64,000 nt of DNA from NCBI GenBank assembly GCA_041484665.1, contig JBGPIA010000007.1:32001-96000 (forward strand). Reading direction: 5' to 3'. The position numbers and the translations under genes were made by a program. This stretch comes from Candidatus Krumholzibacteriia bacterium. Its GTDB lineage: Bacteria > Krumholzibacteriota > Krumholzibacteriia > JAJRXK01. This document shows positions 39,228-49,369 of this stretch, one piece after another. The notes below the pieces were generated by a model. That model did not search any database and had not been told where the DNA came from. It saw only the letters and a list, made by a program, of their open reading frames with translations. The stretch's first letter is position 1; each line of letters starts with the position of its first letter.

Positions 39228-41105
39228 TCAACCCGCCTCGGGCTCGAAGCCCACGGGGAGCCAAACAGTGAACGTGCTGCCCCGGCCAGGCACGCTCTCC
39301 ACGCTCACCCACCCGCCATGGGACTCGGCGACGTGGCGCACGACCGCCAGCCCCAGCCCGCTGCCTTTGACGTCGTGCACCAGACCATGCTCGACACGAT
39401 AGAAGCTCTCGAAGATCTTTCGCTGCTCGCGCTGCGGGATCCCGATGCCGCGGTCGGTCACCGACAGGCAGACATGATCCCCGTTGCGCGCGAGCTTCAC
39501 TCCGATCTCCTTGACCGTGTCGGAGTACTTGGCCGCGTTGTCCAGCAGGTTGATCAGCGCCTGGGCAAGGGCCTCCTCGTCGAGCATCAACAGCGGCAAG
39601 CCCTCTGCGATGTCGACGCGCAGCTCGAAACCCTGTTCGGTGAGCTGGTAGCGGTAGGCGTCCGCCGTCGCGCGCACGGCCTTGGCCGGACTGACCTGGG
39701 CGTAGCTGTAGCGCTTATGGCCGGCCTCGATGCGGTCGAAGTCGAGGATATTGTTGATGAGGTGGGTGAGACGCTTGGCCTCGTTCGAGATGATCTCGAG
39801 GAACTGTTGCCGCTCGGTCTCGCTGCCCACCCGGCCTTGCTCGAGGGTCTCCGTGTAGAGGCGGATCAACGAAAGGGGCGTCTTGAGCTCGTGACTGATG
39901 TTGCTCACCAGGTGGCTGCGCAGTTGGGCCAGCTCGAGCTGCTGGAGGTTGCTGCGCCCCAGCTGGATCACCACCCACACCAGCAGCGCCACCAGCAAGA
40001 CGAGCAGGAGCGGCCACGCTCCCAACCGGCCGTCCCAGCCGGCCGCTCCCGCCGCCGTCGTGCGGATGACCTCGATACGCCAGGGAGCGCCATCTCCCAG
40101 CACGGGGACTTCATAGAGGACGTCGTCGCCGTGCGGAGCGCCGGGTGGGTGGGCGGCCTGGACACCCGCCTCGATCAGGCGTAGCTCGGTGCCCAGCCCG
40201 GCGCGGGCCAGCATGCGCGGCGCCGGCTCGGCGACGCTTCGCCGCCCGGGCGCCCGCGCGCCCGCGGTGTCAGTCGCCGCCGGCTCCTCCTGCGCCAGCG
40301 CCGCCACGCCGGCCACCGCGGCCGGGCGGGCGATCACGGGCAGGACGATGCGCGCCTTGAGCTCGGTCAGGGGCACCACCGCGCCGAACAGCCCTGGCTC
40401 GTCCTCTGGCGTGCGCAGCAGCGGAAAGGTCACGGCGAGCAACGTGTAGTGTCCCGGCCCCGCTGGCGCTCCCACCTGGCGCACATACGGCTCGCATACC
40501 GTGCACGTCGCGCCCGCGGCATCGCGCAGGTCGATGCGCAGCCAGGCGAACCGCGGACCCGCCAGGTCCTCCGCCTCTCCCAACGCCGCGACGCTCGCGC
40601 TGGCGTAGTGCGCGGTGCCGGGGTCGAAGCCCATCAGCTCGCGCGCGCGCCGCGCCATGTGCTCGCGCAGCACCAGCAGCACGGCGTTGCGTCCAGGCTC
40701 CGTCTCTCCCCCCGCGTGCGCGGCAGCATGCCCGCCGGGGGCCGTTGGGTCCTCGGCCAACGGGACGGCTCGCAGCTCGCTGTCAGACAGGAACTGTGGC
40801 GCGTCCATCAGCTCGGCGCTCACGTAGACCCAGTGGAGCGACTTCTGGAACGCCACCTCCCCCTCGCGGCGGGCGAGCATCAGCTTCTGCTGGCGCGGCT
40901 GGAAGTAGTCCAACAGCTCGCGCGCGATGTGGGCGCGGGCGAGCTCGCCGGCGAACACGGCGGAGGTGCGCAGCTGCGCGCGCCGGGCGGAGCTCGCGCT
41001 GCGCATGGCGGTCCATCCGGCGTAGCCCAGCACTAGGATGGGCACGATGGCCAGAACCGTGATGGAGGTGACCCGGCGCCGCTGCGCGGGGTCGTCGCTG
41101 CGCAT
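39228..41105 (-). CDS. Membrane sensor histidine kinase
   Basis: Two TMs, SHELKTPL, NLLDNAAKYS, DRGIGI, GSGLGL. Confidence 0.93.
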   Translation of the reverse strand: MRSDDPAQRRRVTSITVLAIVPILVLGYAGWTAMRSASSARRAQLRTSAVFAGELARAHIARELLDYFQPRQQKLMLARREGEVAFQKSLHWVYVSAELMDAPQFLSDSELRAVPLAEDPTAPGGHAAAHAGGETEPGRNAVLLVLREHMARRARELMGFDPGTAHYASASVAALGEAEDLAGPRFAWLRIDLRDAAGATCTVCEPYVRQVGAPAGPGHYTLLAVTFPLLRTPEDEPGLFGAVVPLTELKARIVLPVIARPAAVAGVAALAQEEPAATDTAGARAPGRRSVAEPAPRMLARAGLGTELRLIEAGVQAAHPPGAPHGDDVLYEVPVLGDGAPWRIEVIRTTAAGAAGWDGRLGAWPLLLVLLVALLVWVVIQLGRSNLQQLELAQLRSHLVSNISHELKTPLSLIRLYTETLEQGRVGSETERQQFLEIISNEAKRLTHLINNILDFDRIEAGHKRYSYAQVSPAKAVRATADAYRYQLTEQGFELRVDIAEGLPLLMLDEEALAQALINLLDNAAKYSDTVKEIGVKLARNGDHVCLSVTDRGIGIPQREQRKIFESFYRVEHGLVHDVKGSGLGLAVVRHVAESHGGWVSVESVPGRGSTFTVWLPVGFEPEAG

Positions 41106-41192
41106 CAGAGCACCGTCCCTCGTCGCAGCAGAAACGGTGGTGGGGCCTTCAGCCGGGGCGAACAGCGGGGAGCGTGGGCTGTGGAGAGGAAG

Positions 41193-41861
41193 CTACTCGG
41201 ACGATGCACGGCTGACCAGCTGCTGCTGGGCCTGGCCGTCCTCGTGCAGCCACTGGACGAGCTCGGGATCGGTGCTGGTCAGCCCCAGGCTGGCGCCAGT
41301 GTCGGTCATCACCCATTCCTGCATGACTTGGCGCAGGTGCACCATGCGCGCGGCGCACAGGTCGCAGATGTGCGGCTCAGCACCTTTGGCGGGCTTGCCC
41401 TGCAGGACCACGCGCAGACCCTCCATCGCACCGTGGACGTCTTCGAGCGCGCCCTTGCGGACAGCGGTCACCTGGACGAGCACGCCGTGCTCCGTGTTCC
41501 ACGTGGTCATGCGGGCCTGGCCACGCTTGACCAGCGAGACCAGCCCCTTGAACGCGTTGCATTCCTCGCAGCGCGCCGCGGCGGCGGTGGTCTTGGCGGT
41601 GAGGCACTGCCCCGACGGCGCGGTCTGGCAGAGGCGGGTCGCGGACGCGGGCTTTGTCCGCGCGCCTGCATGCGCAACGGCGGGCCCGCACCATCGCGCG
41701 GGCGCACCGAGCCCAGCGATCAGCGCAGCCGCGCAGAGGACGGCGAGAGAGAGTTTGCTCGCACCGCGGCCGGGTTCGCCCGCCGCCCGCGGATGGGATC
41801 GGCTCAGGGGTGTCACGAGAACCTCGCTGGCCGCGGATAGGCAGACCACGGCCGCTGTCAC
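41193..41861 (-). CDS. Exported Cys-containing hypothetical protein (start uncertain)
   Basis: Hydrophobic signal-like segment, CEEC and CDLC motifs; same strand as and upstream of the kinase. Confidence 0.6.
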   Translation of the reverse strand: MTAAVVCLSAASEVLVTPLSRSHPRAAGEPGRGASKLSLAVLCAAALIAGLGAPARWCGPAVAHAGARTKPASATRLCQTAPSGQCLTAKTTAAAARCEECNAFKGLVSLVKRGQARMTTWNTEHGVLVQVTAVRKGALEDVHGAMEGLRVVLQGKPAKGAEPHICDLCAARMVHLRQVMQEWVMTDTGASLGLTSTDPELVQWLHEDGQAQQQLVSRASSE

Positions 41862-41923
41862 AAGGGGGTCTTCGATCTCCTTCCGGTTTCCGGCGGGTCT
41901 CCGGCGAGTGGATCGCGTGCTGA

Positions 41924-41979
41924 AGTATAGCGGCGGGAGTGCCAGAGCGTACCAGTGCAGGTGTCAAACAGTTGTGAAA
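41924..41979 (-). promoter_or_regulatory. Putative promoter: TATACT -10 with an upstream 11-bp-period direct repeat
   Basis: Minus strand reads TTTCACA-N4-TTTGACA (41979-41962), then TATACT (41929-41924). Confidence 0.5.
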
Positions 41980-42364
41980 TGGAGAGTTGCGGTGCCGCGG
42001 GCGGTGGACGCCCGCCACGCACGATTCTCCTAGATCGCTACGCACTTCACCTACGACGACGGGGCGATTGTGGCGATGCCTTTCGTATCTGGTTGTCGTG
42101 AAAGGAATTGATCGGGCGGGGGTGCCCCGCTTCCGAGTCGCCCCCACGAGCTGTGCGCGCCTTGCCGGTCCAATCTCCCCGGCCGCATCACAGGTTTTTT
42201 ACTTCGAGCGAGCGAACTTCGGGGCCCTGTCGCGCGTCTAAGTGGTCGGCGTCATCGCAGACACCCCGGCGCGGCGCCCCACCCGCCGCGCCGGGGCGAC
42301 GCACGATGCGCCGGCGCCAGGCGCGAGCTGCACGTGGGCGAGGCCCCCTGAGAGGCGGGACGGC

Positions 42365-42760
42365 ATGAAGCAGGACGGGATGATGATGTCGCGCTTCGAG
42401 CGCCGCGTCGCCTGGTGCAGCGCCGCCATCGTGGTCGCGCTCGGTCTGCTCGTGATGGCCCGCACGCCTTCGCCCCAGTCCGCAGACGCCCCCGCCAAGG
42501 TCGCCGCCCTGCCATGTGGGCTCGACAAGCGGTTGACCGCCGAGCAATGCCGGCGGGTCGTGGACTATCTGGTCGGGCTGGGCCTGCAGTCGGGCTCGAT
42601 CCCCGCGATCACGGCCGAGGAGCTGCGCCAGGCCACCGGGATGGAGATGCCCGAGGAGTCCCTGCCCTGCTTGCAGGAGTACGCGCGCGGGCGGCTCGCC
42701 GAGCGCCGCAATCCCAGCGCCCGGCTCATGCTTCCATCGCGGACTCCGTCACTGGTCTAG
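42365..42760 (+). CDS. Small membrane-anchored/exported hypothetical protein
   Basis: ATG after GAGAGG, TM segment AAIVVALGLLVMA, helical C-terminus. Confidence 0.55.
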   Translation: MKQDGMMMSRFERRVAWCSAAIVVALGLLVMARTPSPQSADAPAKVAALPCGLDKRLTAEQCRRVVDYLVGLGLQSGSIPAITAEELRQATGMEMPEESLPCLQEYARGRLAERRNPSARLMLPSRTPSLV

Positions 42761-42948
42761 CCCAAGCCGCGCCCCGTGGGTCCCAGCCGCAGCGCAGTCG
42801 CCTGACCCGCGCGCTGCCGGAATCTCTCCGCCCACCGGGCAGGCGCGCAGATCCCGTCGCCATGGCCGACCCTGGCCCGTGACAGACTCGGGCGCAGCGT
42901 CTAGCATGCCGCCCGTGAGCGCCTCCGCGCCATCCTCGACAGGCAGCC

Positions 42949-44829
42949 ATGCAAAACCTCGATCTGTTCGCCCAGCTCGCCCTTCCCGCAGAGGCTGCCG
43001 ACCCTGCCGGCGGCGCGGTGCCAGCCGAGGCGCGGCCCGCTGGCAAGGCGCGGGCGAAGCCCGCGCGCAAGGAATCCCGTCCACGCTCCAAGCCCGCTCG
43101 CGACGCGGCACGCGGTGCGACCCCGGAAGCTGGGCCCGCTGCAGCCCCGGATGCGCCGCAGGAGGCTTCCGCCACGGCGCCGGGTGCGACGGAGGCCCCG
43201 GACGCGGTACCCGGGCGCGGGTCGGACGCCGCGCCCGCACCGCGCGGCAACCGCCGCCCTGCACGTGAGCGTTCCCGTGCGACGGCGCAGAGTATGGCCG
43301 CGCAGCAGCGCGAAATCTCCGTCAGCGAGTTCTTCACCAAGAACCGCCACCTGCTGGGGTTCGACAGCCCCACCAAGGCGCTGCTGACCACCATCAAGGA
43401 GGCGGTCGACAACTCGCTGGACGCTTGCGAGGAGGCGGGCATCCTTCCCGACCTGGTCGTGGAGATCCAGGCCGTGGGTCAGGATCGTTACCGGGTCACG
43501 GTCGAGGACAACGGCCCGGGCATCGTGCGCGAGCAGATCCCGCGCATCTTCGGCAAACTGCTCTACGGTTCGAAGTTCCACCGCCTGCGGCAGAGCCGCG
43601 GGCAGCAGGGCATCGGCATCAGCGCCGCCGGCATGTACGGCCAACTCACGACCGGTCGTCCCGTGGTCATTCAGAGCCGCACCGGCGCGAAGAAGAAAGC
43701 CCACCACTTCGAGCTGGTGATCGACACGCTCAAGAACGAGCCGGTCATCAAGAAGGAGACGGTGCTCGACGACTGGCATCGCGAGCACGGCACCCGCGTG
43801 GCAATCGAGTTGGAGGGGATCTACAAGAAGGGCCGCCACGGCGTGGAGGCATATCTGCGCCAGACCGTGCTGGCCAACCCGCACGTCGACCTGACCTACA
43901 AGGGACCCGAGGACGCGCAGCCGGTGCACATGCCGCGCGTGCATGGCGAGCTGCCACAGGAGGCTCTCGAGATCCAGCCGCACCCCTACGGAGTCGAGGT
44001 CGGGTTGCTGGCGCGGATGCTCAAAGCCACGAAGGCGCGCCAGCTGAAGGGCTTCTTCCAGACCGAGTTCAGCCGGGTGGGCCCCAAGGCAGCCACGGCG
44101 ATCTGCGCGGGAGCGAACCTCTCACCCGAGATGGCGCCCAGACGCGTCACGCCCGAGGAGGCCGAGCGGCTGATCGCCGCGATCCGCACCACGAAGATCC
44201 CCGCGCCGCCCTTGAGCTGCCTCTCGCCCATCGGCGAGGACCGCATCGTCGCCAGCCTGAAGCAACAGATCGAGGCGGATCTGTACCTGGCCGTCACGCG
44301 GCCCCCGTCGGTCTATCGCGGCAATCCGTTCCAGGTCGAGGTCGGCGTGGCCTACGGTGGGAAGCTCGAGGCCGAGGAGCTCATGACCCTTCTGCGCTAC
44401 GCGAATCGCGTGCCGCTCATGTACCAGCAGGGTGCCTGCGCCATCTTCAAGAGCGTGCTGTCGGTGAGCTGGCGGGCCTACGGGCTCTCGCAGAGCAAGG
44501 GGGCGTTGCCGGCGGCGCCGATGGTGCTGCTGGTGCACCTGGCCAGCGTCTGGGTGCCGTTCACCAGCGAGAGCAAGGAAGCGATTGCCGGGTACGATGA
44601 AATCGTCCGCGAGTTGAAGTTGGCGCTGCAGGACGCGGGCCGCAAGCTGGGACTCTACATCCGGCGCGGGCAGCGCGAGCGCGATGCCGCCAAGAAGCGC
44701 GCCTACATCGAGAAGTACATCCCGCACATCGGGATCGCGCTGCAGGAGATTCTGGGATTGTCAAAGCCGCAGGAGCAGGAGGTCGTCGAGACGCTCACCG
44801 ACACGTTGGAGCGCAGCCGGAAGATGTAG
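42949..44829 (+). CDS. top6B: DNA topoisomerase VI subunit B
   Basis: [40 protein letters not shown] motifs; RYANRVPL and [11 protein letters not shown] transducer. Confidence 0.96.
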   Translation: MQNLDLFAQLALPAEAADPAGGAVPAEARPAGKARAKPARKESRPRSKPARDAARGATPEAGPAAAPDAPQEASATAPGATEAPDAVPGRGSDAAPAPRGNRRPARERSRATAQSMAAQQREISVSEFFTKNRHLLGFDSPTKALLTTIKEAVDNSLDACEEAGILPDLVVEIQAVGQDRYRVTVEDNGPGIVREQIPRIFGKLLYGSKFHRLRQSRGQQGIGISAAGMYGQLTTGRPVVIQSRTGAKKKAHHFELVIDTLKNEPVIKKETVLDDWHREHGTRVAIELEGIYKKGRHGVEAYLRQTVLANPHVDLTYKGPEDAQPVHMPRVHGELPQEALEIQPHPYGVEVGLLARMLKATKARQLKGFFQTEFSRVGPKAATAICAGANLSPEMAPRRVTPEEAERLIAAIRTTKIPAPPLSCLSPIGEDRIVASLKQQIEADLYLAVTRPPSVYRGNPFQVEVGVAYGGKLEAEELMTLLRYANRVPLMYQQGACAIFKSVLSVSWRAYGLSQSKGALPAAPMVLLVHLASVWVPFTSESKEAIAGYDEIVRELKLALQDAGRKLGLYIRRGQRERDAAKKRAYIEKYIPHIGIALQEILGLSKPQEQEVVETLTDTLERSRKM

Positions 44830-44986
44830 CTCGAGCGATCCGGCGGGCGCTGCGACTCGCCGGCCTGGCGCGTGGCGGCACCCTTCGCGGGACGCATCCC
44901 CGGAAGCTGCTTCGCCCGCGAATTGACCGCCTGGACCATCGAGCTGATGGGCGCGCCGACAGCAGACGCATGGCTGCGCCTCTGCG

Positions 44987-46100
44987 TCAGGGAAGCGGGC
45001 TGCTGACCTCGTAGCGGACGCGCACGCCTCCCAGCTGCGCGTTGCTGCCGAACAGGGGGGCGGTCAGCTGATCGCTGTCAGAGCTGTTGTGTACGATTGA
45101 CGGAGGATTCACTGGCAGAGTGAGGGTCGTGGCCCCGCCGGAAAAGCTCGCGGTGTCGAACAGGACCAGCGTCGTGACCAGGGCGTTCTCAAAATCGGTC
45201 CGGTGCACCCAGAGGGTGACGCCCCCGCTGACGGCTGCGTCGTAGAAGCGGCCTTTGACCTCGCTGGTCGACGCGCGGTCGGGGAATTCCACGGGCGCTG
45301 CGAGGGAGATGGTCGATCCGGCCGGCGACCAGATCCAGGTCTGATCCATCTGGTAACCGGAGCCGCTGGTGGTCGGTTGGAACGCGCACGGGGCGACCGA
45401 CAGCCAGCGCAATGTGGACGGGAGCTTGATGGATCCGTCCACGCGCAGGTTGCCCGCCACGTGCAGTCGCTCGCTTGGGCTGAGCGTCCCCACGCCGAGG
45501 TTCCCCGAGGCGTTCAGCAGCACGCGGTCCTGGCCCCCGGCGCGAAACGTCATGGCGTTTCCGGTGGAGTAGGCGATCTAGCCGAGATCGGTTCCGGCCG
45601 CGTTGTTGAAGTTGATCGCCCCCATCAGAGTGGCTCCCGGTGCGTCGTTGCGCAGCTCGATCACCGATCTGTTGGGGTCCACCTGGGACTGGAACGGTCC
45701 CACCGCCTGCCCGGCCGGCACGTGCAGCGGCCAAGCTGGGTTCTGCGTATTGATCCCGACTTGACCGTTGTACGAGACGGCGTTGCCGCTCTGGACCCAT
45801 GGCCCCAGCGCGAACAGCGCCTGCGGGGCAGGGGTGACGCGCTGCCGCGGCGACAGCAACGAGCAGGAGCCCGATCCGGCGGGAGTGCTCACCTCGATCT
45901 CGAGCCAGCGCGCCGACGCCCCGAACGCGCTCCCGCCGAAATCGAGCAGGACGGTGAACAGCCCGTCGTTGACCGTCGCCACGCGCAATTCGACCTGCGG
46001 CCCGATCTGCCCGCCCGAAGCGGCCGCCTCGTACATCCGCAAGCGCAAGTCGGCGAGGCCCGCACCCGCTGGTGCAGCAGCCGGCGGAACACGCCCCAAT
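44987..46100 (-). pseudogene. Degraded fibre-like exported protein gene with an in-frame TAG at 45578-45580
   Basis: ORFs 45578-46228 and 44987-45553 are in the same frame (..DLG*IAYSTGNAMTFR..). They contain GLFTVLLDFG..RWLEIEV..LSPRQRVT and VGINTQNP/LGVGTLSPSERLHVAGN repeats. No intact 5' start or signal peptide is visible. Confidence 0.7.
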
Positions 46101-46340
46101 CGTACCGCTGGGAGCGGGCTGCTGAAGCCCCGCCGACCCCGCGGCGGAGCCGCATCAGCGCGCGGCCAACGCCGCGGCCAACGCCGCGACGCAGCCCCGT
46201 CGGCGCCTTGCGCAAGCCGCGCCGGCAAAGGACTCGCGCGCCGGTTCGACCCGGTTGGCCTGCGGTGCTATCGTGGCTCCGCTGCAGTTTTGGTCCAGGC
46301 CAGGATACGACCAGGGCGTGTCGAACAAGGGGGGTCCGTC

Positions 46341-46991
46341 ATGGCGAAAATCGGGGTTCTCATCTCCGGGTGCGGCTTCAAGGACGGGGCGGAGATCCAC
46401 GAATCCGTGTGCACCCTGCTGGCCGTCAGCCGCCACGGTCACACGATCGTGCCGCTGGCTCCCGACATCCCGCAGCGCGAGGTCGTCAACCATGGCACGG
46501 GCGAACCGACCAGCGAGCTACGTAGCGTGCGCGTCGAGGCCGCCCGCATCTTCCGCGGCCCAGCCCAGACGCCGGACAAGGCCGGTGCGCTCGACGCGCT
46601 GATCCTGCCCGGCGGGTATGGTGCCGTGACGAACCTGTGCGACTTTGCAACCCGGGGTACCAAGTGCACGGTCGAACCCGCGACGGCCGCGTTGATCCGA
46701 TCCATGGTGTCCACCCGCAAGCCGGTGGGCGCCTGGTGCATCGCGCCGGTGACCGTGGCCGCGGTGCTGCGCGGCGACCCGGCGGTGCGACTGACGATCG
46801 GCACCGACGAGTCGACCGCGAAGGCGATCAAGGAGCTGGGCGCGACCCACGTCAACTGCGCCGTCGATGACTGCGTGGTGGACAAGGAGCACAAGATCGT
46901 GAGCACGCCGGCCTACATGCTGGCGAAGAACTCCTGGGAGGTTCTCAAAGGCATCGACAAAGCCGTAGATGCCATCTGCAAGTGGCTGTAG
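46341..46991 (+). CDS. elbB: ElbB glyoxalase (DJ-1/PfpI family)
   Basis: LISGCGFKDGAEIHE, LPGGYGAVTNL, WCIAP, VSTPAYML. Confidence 0.92.
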   Translation: MAKIGVLISGCGFKDGAEIHESVCTLLAVSRHGHTIVPLAPDIPQREVVNHGTGEPTSELRSVRVEAARIFRGPAQTPDKAGALDALILPGGYGAVTNLCDFATRGTKCTVEPATAALIRSMVSTRKPVGAWCIAPVTVAAVLRGDPAVRLTIGTDESTAKAIKELGATHVNCAVDDCVVDKEHKIVSTPAYMLAKNSWEVLKGIDKAVDAICKWL

Positions 46992-47072
46992 GACCGGCTC
47001 CCGGAACGGCCCCGTGGCCGCAGCGGTGTTGCCGGGGCAGCCGTGTGGGGGCTCTTGCCCGCGGCGCCCCGG

Positions 47073-47306
47073 TCACCGAAGCTTGCGCAGGACGAACGGC
47101 AGAAACCACGTGAGCGCGCCGATCGTCCACAGGGATTCCCCGACGATCATCAGGCGGAAGCCCCTGGGCATGTACCAGTCCTGCTGCCGCCAGGGGAGCC
47201 TCCACTGGGTCCAAGGCGCGTCTGGATGGCGATCGAGGATCGAAGCAAACCAGACCGGGATGCCGACCAGTCCCAGGAGGGCGCCAATCAACTGGAGGGT
47301 CTCCAC
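47073..47306 (-). CDS. 77-aa Trp-rich two-TM membrane protein
   Basis: AAGGAG RBS before GTG 47306; two hydrophobic helices flank WTQWRLPWRQQDWY. Confidence 0.6.
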   Translation of the reverse strand: METLQLIGALLGLVGIPVWFASILDRHPDAPWTQWRLPWRQQDWYMPRGFRLMIVGESLWTIGALTWFLPFVLRKLR

Positions 47307-47439
47307 GGTCAGCTCCTTTCCGTGCGAGGCCGAAACCCACGCGCCGCTTACGGGACGCATGCCGGGCACCGCAACGGTGCCGGATCCTAACCGCGGGCCG
47401 CGCGGCCTGCCCAGACTCTCCCCAAGCATGAGGTGACTC

Positions 47440-48576
47440 GTGACCGCACCCAAGAAGCAGACCAGGAAGCGGAACAGCAAGCAGGATGCTGCCAATGCCC
47501 ACGTGATCGGCCAGATCCGCGCCGAGGCCCGGCAGGTGCACGACAAGATCCTGGCGCGCAAGACGCCGGCGTTGCGTCTGCCGCTGCGCAGCCTGGCGAA
47601 TGTCACTTACAAGCCGGCCAAGGGCTTCTTCCAGATCAAGGGACGCAGCAAGGAGCGTACGCTCACCGTGAGCACGGTCAAGACCTTCGCGCAGACGCTG
47701 CGCATGATGGCCTTCAGCAAACAACTGATCGAGACCGACGACATCGCCACCAAGCGAGAAGCCTATTACGTCAGCAAGAACTGGGAGGACGCCCGCTTCG
47801 ACGAGCAGCCCGAGAGCGACGCCGTGATGGATGACGTGGAGGCGCTCTTCGCCGTGAATCGCGAGCAGCTGGGCTTCATCCCTGAGGAGAAGGGCGGTGA
47901 GGTCGCCGGGCAGCTGGTCGTCATCGATCACGACCGTGAGACCGGCGAGGAGCTGCGCATCGACTGCACCCGCTTCGGCAGCGGCGCTTACTCCATCCCC
48001 ATTTCGGTGGAGCACCTCAAGTTCGAGGCCACCGCCAAGTTCATCCTGGTGATCGAGACGGCAGGCATGTTCCAGCGGCTGGTCAAGCACAGCTACTGGC
48101 GCGACGCCCACTGCATCCTGGTGTCGATGGGCGGCGTGCCCACGCGCGCCTGCCGTCGGTTCGTGCGCCGCCTGGCCGACGAGAAGAAGATCCCGGTGTA
48201 CGTATTCGTCGACGGCGACCCCTACGGCTTCGGCAACATCTACCGCACGCTGAAGGTCGGCAGCGGCAACGCGGCACACATGAACGAGTTCTTCTGCGTG
48301 CCGCAGGCGAGGCTGCTGGGCGTCACGCCCCAGGACATCATCGACTACCAGCTGCCCACCCACCCGCTGAAGGACGTCGACATCAAGCGGGCCAAGGACG
48401 CGCTGAAGAACGACCCGTTCATCATGCACCACAAGCCCTGGCAGAAGGCCTTCGAGCAGCAGATCAAAATGGGCGTGCGCGTGGAGCAGCAGGCGCTGGC
48501 CAAGCACGGGCTCAACTACGTCATCGACGAGTATCTGCCGCGCAAGCTCGCGCATCCGGAGCTGTTCTTGCCGTAG
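47440..48576 (+). CDS. top6A: DNA topoisomerase VI subunit A (Spo11-like)
   Basis: TKREAYY catalytic Tyr, FDEQPESD, VIETAGMF and DGDPYG TOPRIM motifs, EQQAL. Confidence 0.96.
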   Translation: MTAPKKQTRKRNSKQDAANAHVIGQIRAEARQVHDKILARKTPALRLPLRSLANVTYKPAKGFFQIKGRSKERTLTVSTVKTFAQTLRMMAFSKQLIETDDIATKREAYYVSKNWEDARFDEQPESDAVMDDVEALFAVNREQLGFIPEEKGGEVAGQLVVIDHDRETGEELRIDCTRFGSGAYSIPISVEHLKFEATAKFILVIETAGMFQRLVKHSYWRDAHCILVSMGGVPTRACRRFVRRLADEKKIPVYVFVDGDPYGFGNIYRTLKVGSGNAAHMNEFFCVPQARLLGVTPQDIIDYQLPTHPLKDVDIKRAKDALKNDPFIMHHKPWQKAFEQQIKMGVRVEQQALAKHGLNYVIDEYLPRKLAHPELFLP

Positions 48577-48759
48577 GGGGGACGGGCGCGCAGCGGGTCG
48601 CGCTGGCTGGCAACGGCCAGCGGCTGCGGGATCCGGGGACGGGGGACGCGTCGCGTTGGATCCCGCAGGCAGGCCGGGGCGTGGCGGAACTCGCGTGTCG
48701 GCGGCCGGGGGAAGGCCTTGGACCAGAAGGGCCGCAGCGTCCGGCGTGCGCGCCGAGCC

Positions 48760-49134
48760 TCAGTCGGCCCAGCGGAACGCCAGCAGCTCGCGCTCGCCCT
48801 GCAGCGACTCCTTAGCCGTCTGCAGGTCGGGCATGACCTCGAACACCTGCTGCAGGCGTGTCACGAACACCAGGCTTCCGATCCGCGCGGACAGCCCGGT
48901 CATGCGCATCCGTCCGCACAGCCGCAGCGCCAAGGCATAGGCGTTCAGCAGGATCCCCAGCCCCAGGCTGTTGATCCGCCGGACGCGAGCCATCTCGAGG
49001 ATGATGTCGCGCTCGCCGGACTGGATGAGCCTGGAAATTGTGTAGAGCAGCGTCTCGCGATCCTCGGCGCCGAGGATGTCGCCGGAGAGCTCCAGCACTA
49101 CCACGTCGCCGCTCATGCGCTCTCGGATCTTCAT
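48760..49134 (-). CDS. STAS-domain anti-sigma factor antagonist
   Basis: VVVLELSGDI, RINSLGLGILL with the phosphorylatable Ser. Confidence 0.88.
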   Translation of the reverse strand: MKIRERMSGDVVVLELSGDILGAEDRETLLYTISRLIQSGERDIILEMARVRRINSLGLGILLNAYALALRLCGRMRMTGLSARIGSLVFVTRLQQVFEVMPDLQTAKESLQGERELLAFRWAD

Positions 49135-49369
49135 GACAGTCCCCCCGTGTTGATTCGGTCGTGGGGCGATGACGGCACGGTGTGGCGCGTCGCCGCCCAC
49201 GCCCACGCCGTTGCACCGGGTGTGCCGATCGCGTAGCGAGAATCAACTGATTGTCCGGCAATAAGTTTTGAACGGATCGACTCGCCGGATCTGGCGAGCC
49301 GCCGCCGGGATCTGGCGAAGCGGCCGGGCCGCGCAGCCCCGGCGGGCCGCTTGCGCCGGGCGGGTCGGG

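Noticed and set aside
45578..45580. Genome-wide amber recoding or pyrrolysine
   Set aside because: Many intact genes here end at TAG at their expected C-termini (top6A, top6B, elbB, GH92), and no pyl genes are visible.
47440..48576. Wadjet JetD-type defence nuclease
   Set aside because: It has full Topo VI-A features, a cognate top6B is nearby, and there are no SMC or kleisin genes.
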